From positions 3,410,001 to 3,474,000 of the forward strand of contig OZ024765.1 of the NCBI GenBank assembly GCA_964016885.1: a DNA stretch of 64,000 nt, in the 5' to 3' direction. Positions within the stretch are counted from its first letter, which is position 1. Every line of letters starts with the position of its first letter. Source of the stretch: Eledone cirrhosa (lineage: Eukaryota). A program made the translations under genes and the position numbers. The notes below the pieces were generated by a model. That model worked only from the letters and a program-made list of their open reading frames with translations, was not told the DNA's origin and ran no database searches. Of this stretch, positions 55,960-64,000 are shown piece after piece.

Positions 55960-56000
55960 CTCTTTACCGGTTTCGCAGTTCTTCTGCTTTTCAAAAGTAG
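55960..56000 (-). ncRNA. Minimal hammerhead with U3-A8 core variant
   Basis: CTACTT-TTGAAAA-GCAG-AAGAA-CTGC-GAAA-CCGG-TA^AAGAG. Confidence 0.6.
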
Positions 56001-56207
56001 AATTGATATGGAGGGTCTGTGGTTTTTCTCACATCTGTGAGAAAAACCACAAACCCTCCATGTCAAATAAATATATATATTTTTTAAAAAAAGACTCGTT
56101 GCATTTTCGATTTCATCTTTTTTTCCTTATACTTTCACTCGTGTAGGACACCTCGGTTATTTTTCATTTTGTAAAAAGAACCTCACTTTCTCATATATAT
56201 ATATAAG

Positions 56208-56616
56208 GAGAGATGACCCCTTAGCCTTTGTCAAGGCAGAATTCTAGGAGAAGGAAAACTCTGATATAACACCTGCAACCCTGATGTTATCCAATGATGT
56301 TGACATGTTCTTCTTTTTGGTAAATGTCATCTTTGGTAAATATCATCTTGGGACTGGCTTTGTGCAGTGCCTTTGCTCACTATAAAAGCTTCACGGCACA
56401 GGCATTGCTTTATATCTGGAGATCTCTCTGCACTTGTCGTCACATGGTACCATGGGCCCAGCACTATGTGTCAATAATTGTCACAGGTTTAGTGTTTGTA
56501 CCAGAGTTTTCAAGTCGCTGGCTGGACTAAAAAGTCACACTCGTTCAGCACATCGGTAGGGGTTCTCCTACATGGATCTAAAGTAGTGGCCGTACTCGAA
56601 AACGAGTTGGCAGCTA

Positions 56617-56620
<4 letters not shown>
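56208..56620 (+). mobile_element. Partial copy of the ~610-bp element, opposite orientation
   Basis: Reverse complement of 57221-57626. Confidence 0.75.
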
Positions 56621-56700
<80 letters not shown>

Positions 56701-56824
56701 ATATATATGTATATATATATATGTGTATATATATATATATATATATCATAACTGATAGTCCTCAGTGAAATACGTATAACAGAGTTTTAAATAAACCTGT
56801 ATCGACTGATTATGGCCTGCGATT

Positions 56825-56857
<33 letters not shown>

Positions 56858-56912
56858 GTATGTATATATATATATATATACATACATTTATATATATATA
56901 TATGTATATATT

Positions 56913-57053
<141 letters not shown>

Positions 57054-57184
57054 ATGTATATATATACATATATGCATGTATGTATATATGTTAAAGAAAA
57101 AACAATCTTTAAATATACCCCTGGGCTTTTTATTTATATATAGAGAGACAGAGAGGGACACACTTACACACACACATATATATA

Positions 57185-57220
<36 letters not shown>

Positions 57221-57227
<7 letters not shown>

Positions 57228-57823
57228 TGCCAACTCGTTTTCGAGTACGGCCACTACTTTATATCCATGTAAGAGAACTCCTACCGATGCGCTGAACGAG
57301 TGTGACTTTTTAATCCAGCCAGTTGAAAACTCTGGTACAAACACTACACTTGTGACAATTATTGACACATAGTGCTGGGCCCATGGTATCACGTGACGAC
57401 ATGTGCAGAGAGATCTCCAGATATAAAGCAATGCCTGTGCCGTGAAGCTTTTATAGTGAGTAAAGGCACTGCACAAAGCCAGTCCCACTCTCTTAACCAA
57501 GATGATATTTACCAAAAAGAAGAACAAGTCAACATCATTGGATACCATCAGGGTTGCAGGTGTTATATCAGAGTTTTCCTTCTCCTAGAATTCTGCCTTG
57601 ACAAAGGCTAAGGGGTCATCTCTCCCGGTGATTTTGGATGGCCATTGACTCTTAAGAGCTCCTTTGCCCTTTGACAGGTTTTGTTTTTAGTCCCGCAGGA
57701 TGTCCAAAGTCACCCTCCTCACCAAGAAACCTTGGTGGGGTTGCCAGTTTAGTCGCCAACGACCCGACCATGAGACAGGTTGTACTGGGATACATGTTAC
57801 TAGTAGCACCAACTGGTGACCTG

Positions 57824-57826
<3 letters not shown>
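57221..57826 (-). mobile_element. ~610-bp non-coding dispersed element, full unit
   Basis: Matches 18707-19312; both ends abut (TA)n. Confidence 0.75.
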
Positions 57827-57875
<49 letters not shown>

Positions 57876-57902
57876 ATATATATATATATATGTATATATG
57901 TG

Positions 57903-57939
<37 letters not shown>

Positions 57940-58338
57940 AGAGGAACAGTAATAACAATGTTTTAAAGCAACTTTCATAACAGAGAAGATAGGAAGGCGG
58001 AGGGGAAGGGGGGAAAGGGAGGCAGATAAATGAGGAGAAGGAGGAGGGAGTAGAAGAAGGAAAGGCAGGAAGAGTGTTTCGAAAAGAGGGGGGTGTAGGC
58101 GTAGGTAATAGTTAAGGTGGTGGGAGAAATCGGTTAAGTTAAGTTAATAAAGAGATGGGGGGGGGTTGTATTGGAAATCCCCATCCCCCACCCCTCCCCC
58201 ATTCAAATATCATTAAATAAATGTATATACGAACAGTCATTATACATACATGTACATATGTGCACATGTACTCATGTACACATGTGTATATATATTAATT
58301 CAAAATATTAACAAAATAGATATTCTTGTAATCAAGTA

Positions 58339-58405
58339 TATTTTATTATACATATTTCAGAGGTACTGAGTTAACTTCAACAGTACGTCCTCATCAGATA
58401 AAATA
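58339..58405 (-). ncRNA. Minimal type I hammerhead ribozyme (family C)
   Basis: Same core and stems as 23688-23756. Confidence 0.75.
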
Positions 58406-58478
58406 GGATGATGCATGACATACCCTGACATAGTAGATGGTTAAGATTCAGTCATGGTAGTATTTAACTTTTAAATAC

Positions 58479-58558
<80 letters not shown>

Positions 58559-58597
58559 GATATTAATAAATGGAAACTATATTTATAAAACCATATT

Positions 58598-58664
58598 TAT
58601 TTCATTATACATATTTCAGGGATACCACATATTAAATTATGGTATGCCTTCATCAGACAAAATA
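58598..58664 (-). ncRNA. Minimal type I hammerhead ribozyme (family B)
   Basis: TATTTTGT-CTGATGA-stem II-GAAA-TATGTA-TA^ATGAAATA; stem I has GU pairs. Confidence 0.7.
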
Positions 58665-58742
58665 CAATATATAACAGTTTTACAAATAGGTTTGACGTAC
58701 CCTTTAAAATACAACCATTGCTTTTAAAACTGTTATATATTG

Positions 58743-58807
58743 TATTTTGTCTGATGAAGGCATACCATAATTTAATATGGTATCCCTGAAATATGTATAA
58801 TAAAATA
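58743..58807 (+). ncRNA. Minimal type I hammerhead ribozyme (family B)
   Basis: TATTTTGT-CTGATGA-AGGCATACCATA/TATGGTATCCCT-GAAA-TATGTA-TA^ATAAAATA; cut after 58799. Confidence 0.75.
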
Positions 58808-58837
58808 AATATGGTTTTATAAATATAGTTTCCATTT

Positions 58838-59018
58838 GGATTGGCAGTATCGGTAGAGGGTCGGACCCCATGCTTTCCAGCATAGTTACGTCCCTTTACG
58901 ATCTGAGTTCAAATCCCGCGGAGGTTGACTTTGCCTTTCATCCTGACGGGGTCGATAAAATAAAGTACCAGTAATGCACTGGGTTATTGCTGGCCTTGTG
59001 CCTAAAGTAGAAACAATT
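58838..59018 (+). mobile_element. SINE family 1 inserted into a family B unit
   Basis: Family B sequence stops at 58838 and resumes at about 59020. Confidence 0.85.
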
Positions 59019-59115
59019 AATATCGTATATCTACTCCAAAAATTTGTCGAGTGCTTTATATCAGTTATAAAAATATTTACTTGTTGTATCCTAACAACTT
59101 TAAATAGAACTTTTG

Positions 59116-59212
<97 letters not shown>

Positions 59213-59317
59213 ATATATTGTTATACTTTGGGGGTGGCGGAGATCATGTTACCAACGACAAACGTTTCAATACACGTTTTCAGATAAAGAATCTTGCTAA
59301 ACAAATTCAGAAACGAA

Positions 59318-59367
<50 letters not shown>

Positions 59368-59769
59368 TTGAAGTAAGTCCGTAGGAAAAGTAAAGGAAAA
59401 GAGAGGGCTCTGTGTAGGCTACAGAGCTTATTAGTTATGTAATAAACAACATAAGATAATTAATTCATTCACCAGTGGTTTCTTGAATACAGATATTTCA
59501 CGGAGACAGACGAGCTTGGCACATACGACTGGCTTCAATCTTCAGAATCGATGATTGAAGCTGCCTATCATATTTCTCTCTCCCATATCTCTCTCTCTAT
59601 CTCGCTCTGTTGTTTTTCTTTACATACATTTCTTCATTTTCTTCGTCTTCCTCTCTAACTGTCCTTAGCACTATACACTTTCTTTCTTTTTCTCTTCGTC
59701 TTTCTTTCTAACTGTCCTTAACATTTTCACTACCAAAACAACTTTTTAAATGGAAGTTGTAAAGTTTTA

Positions 59770-60005
59770 AGGTATGTCAAATTTATTTATAAAACTGTTT
59801 ATATATTGTATTTTGTTTGAAGAGGGCATACCATATTTTTAATATGATATCCCTGAAATATATATAATGAAATAAATATGGTTTTATAAATGTAGTTTCC
59901 ATTTGTTTAATATCGTAAATATACTCCAAAACTTGTTGAGTGCTTTATATCAGTTATAAAATATTTACTCGTTGTAACCCAACAATTTTAAATAAAACTT
60001 TTGCA
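59770..60005 (+). mobile_element. Family B hammerhead-bearing repeat unit (core TTGAAGA, probably impaired)
   Basis: Homologous to 1230-1420 and 24330-24550 (reverse strand), and to 31232-31320, 55170-55285 and 59020-59115. Confidence 0.65.
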
Positions 60006-60022
60006 TATACACACATATATAT

Positions 60023-60083
<61 letters not shown>

Positions 60084-61277
60084 CTTCTCAAAACTTTCAC
60101 TCACATCCACACACACACGTACACCTACACACACCACCACCATCCACCCTCCCCAACTAGACCCCGTTTCCCTCTCCTCCCTCCATCCACGCACCCACAC
60201 CCCCACCCGCCCCACACCCTTTCACCACTTGTTTCATTTTAATTTTTTTCCCTTCTCCTTAACCCCCCTCCCTTTTTAATGTCTTTCCACCACTCCCACT
60301 CACACCCTCGGAACTCTTTTCCCTCCCACTTTTCTCCTAATGAAGGGCTTATGCCCCGAACCTTGTGCCCCACCCCACTTTGAACTGCACTCTTCGTTAT
60401 TGTTTTATATGTATATATATATGTAAAATATGGGGAGAAGAATACTGCATGGTTGCACATGGATTACATATTATAAAATTAGTCCCTCATCAGTGATTTG
60501 CCAACGATCATTGGTATTTCATCGCATTAAAAATCATATACCTCAGGTTGGTGCGAGCAATAACTAAAATAAGTTATTGGGACAAATGAAACGCGTAAAG
60601 CGAGTGAGACAAGTAAACAACACGAAGGGAAAGCTAACCGAAGATGGAAAGAAAAACAAGCAACATGGTTATTCGATCAGCATAAACTGGGTGAATTCAT
60701 GAGCGTGTAGCAAACAGACCTTTCGCTGTGAATGGGATGTGAGAAAGAAGGAAAATCCGACTCCTAGCGAACGGGAAGAAGTGAGAAGGGGAGAAACAGA
60801 GAGTGAGTGAGTGGAGGTTGATTTGGGGTATTTAGAAAAACGCATGAAAGCCCTTCAAGGGCAGTTAATTTCGAATTTAATTATAAATAAACAAAATCTT
60901 TAGATAGTGAAAAGGGAGGTAACTATAAAAAAAAAAACAAAGATAAGGAATTTGTGCCAAGTTAGCAATTCAAAGAAATTAATTTCCTTGAAATTCAAAT
61001 TAATTAGTCTGTTCTATACTATTTTCTCAAAATGAATTTCGCTTCATGTGGACAGCGACTAAAGCAATCAAGGCGAGTATTTAAGCAGTGTTTCTCTGAA
61101 GCCAGTTATGAGATTATATTCATAGGACAAAAAAGAAGACCTTGGTACTATATGTTTAAGAAATGTAGAGTGTAGAAGGGGCAGTGGTCCGCATAGGATG
61201 TAGCCCACCATAAGGCGGCTCGCACTACTGAAAAATTCAAGGCAATTTTTGAAATTAGTAAGGGGGGGGGGGGCTAC

Positions 61278-61294
61278 AAAAAATATTTGGGAGA

Positions 61295-61346
<52 letters not shown>

Positions 61347-61375
61347 CAAACAGCCAGAGAGAGAGAGACAGACAG

Positions 61376-61410
<35 letters not shown>

Positions 61411-61663
61411 CAGACAGAAAGAGAGAGAGAGAGACAGGCAGACAGAGAGAGAGAGAGAGGCAGACAGCCAGAGAGAGAGAGAGACAGGCAGACAGAGAGA
61501 GACAGACAGCCAGAGAGAGACAGACAGCCAGAGAGAGAGAGAGACAGGCAGACAGAGAGAGAGAGACAGAGAGAGAGAGATAGAGACAGAGAGACAGAGA
61601 GAGAGAGAGACAGGCAGACAGAGAGACAGGCAGACAGAAAGAGAGAGAGAGAGACAGGCAGAC

Positions 61664-61728
<65 letters not shown>

Positions 61729-61915
61729 CAGACAGCCAGAGAGAGAGAGAGACAGGCAGACAGAGAGAGACAGACAGCCAGAGAGAGAGAGACAGAGAGA
61801 CAGACAGACAGAGAGACAGACAGACAGACAGAGAGAGAGAGAGAGAGAGAGAGAGTGAGAGAGAGACAGGGAGACAGAGAGAGAGAGAGAGGCAAACAGA
61901 CAGAGAGAGAGAGAC

Positions 61916-61948
<33 letters not shown>

Positions 61949-62022
61949 AAGGCAAACAGCCAGAGAGAGAGAGACAGACAGACAGAGAGACAGGCAGCCA
62001 GAGAGAGAGAGACAGAGAGAGA
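61278..62022. repeat. (GA)n/(GACA)n compound microsatellite
   Basis: Direct inspection; explains the 289-aa and 339-aa ORFs. Confidence 0.95.
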
Positions 62023-62074
62023 ATTGTCATAAAACCCACCAAAAATCCTGCTATGTCACCAACGTGGTTAACAT

Positions 62075-62084
62075 ATGACGTCAT
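62075..62084. promoter_or_regulatory. Perfect CRE palindrome ATGACGTCAT
   Basis: Exact TGACGTCA in non-repetitive sequence about 11.7 kb upstream of exon 1. Confidence 0.3.
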
Positions 62085-62418
62085 CACACAACTGGAAATT
62101 ATGAATGACGAAATCTAGTTTGACTCCGCCTACCAACTGTCCAAATATAGCTTTTTGTTTGTTTATATATATTTATCTGGTGTCGATCTATCTTTCTGTC
62201 TATCTGGGGTATGTGTTACCCATATAAACTGTCTCCCCCTATTGGGGAAAATCGACTAACTTTTTAAATTGCATTTGTGATAACATTTTACACGTTTTTA
62301 GTGTATGTAAACTTCCCCCTTTGTATTTGTCCCCTTCTTTTGTGCCCCTGTGGCTAATAAAGAAACATATCTATATAGTTATAGATAAATAGATATACAT
62401 ATGTATATTTATATATAT

Positions 62419-62507
<89 letters not shown>

Positions 62508-62540
62508 ATATATATATGTATGTGTGTGTGTGTGTGTGTG

Positions 62541-63185
62541 TATCTATCTAGGGCGGGTAAAATTCTCGAGATCCATGGACGAGTTCTCTCCAGCGGTCTC
62601 TGTCCCTTATTATCGCTGCCATATCCTGCATCTCCAACAGACCAGTATCTGTCCTTAGGGCATCAACATACGTTAACCTTGGTCTTCCTCTTCTAGTGTG
62701 TCCATGTAGGGGCTCCCACAGGAGCACTGAGTGCAATGTCAACTCTGGATGTCGGTGGGCATGTCCAGCTAATCACCTCAGTCTCCTCTGTGTCACTTTT
62801 GAGCTGACTTTTGGGAGGCTCCCATACAGCTCTGAGTTTTTCATCCTCAGTGTATACTGATTAATGTTCAGAGCCATCCTCAGCATTCTCGTGTAGCACC
62901 CATCCACCATCTGAGTGAGTTCCTTGGTCAGTGTCTAAGTCTCAGACCCGTACAGCAGCACAGACTCCACTACAGCAATGAAGAGGGGGACGTTCAGGTC
63001 TTTACGAAGGTCCGACTTCCACACCGATCTCAAGCTGTGGCACACCGCCCAGGCCTTGCTCTTCCTCTCAACCACATCATCTTCCGTATTCCCAATCTTT
63101 GCTCCCAAATACAGGAAGTCCTCAACCAATTCTAGCGGCTTCCCGCCTATATTAGTGACCCCCTCTGGCTTCTCAACGTTCTCTC
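62541..63185 (-). mobile_element. RTE-clade LINE 3' remnant (RT C-terminal region, with stops)
   Basis: VEDFLYLG, VESVLLYGSET, DGCYTRMLR, RRGRPRLTYVD and DRDRWR motifs; (TAGA)n tail. Confidence 0.85.
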
Positions 63186-63357
63186 TATATATATGTATAT
63201 ATATATCTGTGTGTGTATGTATATATGTGTATATATATTTAGTTATGTAATAAACAACATAAGATAAAGTTGTTTATTACATAACTAAAAAGCTCTGTAG
63301 CCTACATAGAGCACTCTCTTTTCCTTTACCTTTCCTACGGAAATACTTCATTATATA

Positions 63358-63719
63358 TATATATATTGGTAAACGGAATAGAAAATGCTGACAAATTGTT
63401 CACAGTTGAAAAATGGTTTAATTAGGAATAAAAGAGTATTAGTGATTGTATGGGTTAGTATTCAGTTGTGGTTTTAAGTTTTTAAGTTTTTACCGGTTCA
63501 GATCAGATCAGATCAGATCAGAGCAAACAGCACGGACACTCTATCTCAAAATTATTTTTGAAAAGCATTTAGAAATGCGCAACCGGTAAAAACTTAAAAA
63601 CTTAAAACCACAACTGAATACTAACCCATACAATCACTAATACTCTTTTATTCCTAATTAAACCATTTTTCAACTGTGAACAATTTGTCAGCATTTTCTA
63701 TTCCGTTTACCAATATATA
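63358..63719. repeat. Near-perfect inverted repeat with ~138-bp arms
   Basis: 63358-63498 versus 63581-63719; single diverged unit at 11175-11362. Confidence 0.9.
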
Positions 63720-63748
63720 ATAACTTGTGTGTTACACCTCTATTCTTT

Positions 63749-63828
<80 letters not shown>

Positions 63829-63889
63829 GCTCTGTAACTTACATAGAGCACTCTTCATTCCTCTGACTTTTTCAATTTTCAACGGAAAC

Positions 63890-63944
<55 letters not shown>

Positions 63945-64000
63945 CTTGGGGAGGGTCATATTGTTGTAATAATATTGCCAGAATTAATAACAGAACACAC

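Noticed and set aside
59465-59552. Minus-strand CTGAAGA..GAAACCACTGGTG hammerhead
   Set aside because: The cleavage triplet is GUG (non-permissive) and stem II is poorly formed.
61068-62118. RE-rich and LS-rich ORFs
   Set aside because: (GA)n/(GACA)n microsatellite.

Overview
AT-rich, microsatellite-dense animal DNA; the SINE sequences and a decayed C2H2 finger suggest an octopod cephalopod (inference). I find one host gene, on the minus strand: a Tis11/ZFP36L-family tandem-CCCH mRNA-decay factor. It has a 42-nt first coding exon missed by the ORF track (50341-50382, MTSVTLYDIKESVC), a 33.9-kb phase-0 intron, a large second exon (14359-16428) and probably a long ARE-bearing 3' UTR. Nearly all other listed ORFs are translations of simple repeats. 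The rest is tRNA-type SINEs, RTE-LINE and mariner remnants, MITEs and minisatellites. The main hidden signal is about a dozen intact or near-intact minimal type-I hammerhead ribozyme motifs, plus many broken ones, from several sequence families. They show covarying stems, palindromic loop 3 and U3-A8 core variants. Most sit in short non-coding, (TA)n-flanked inverted-repeat elements resembling Penelope-like pLTR or retrozyme derivatives, and three lie in sense within the Tis11 intron. All folds were made by eye and none is tested.
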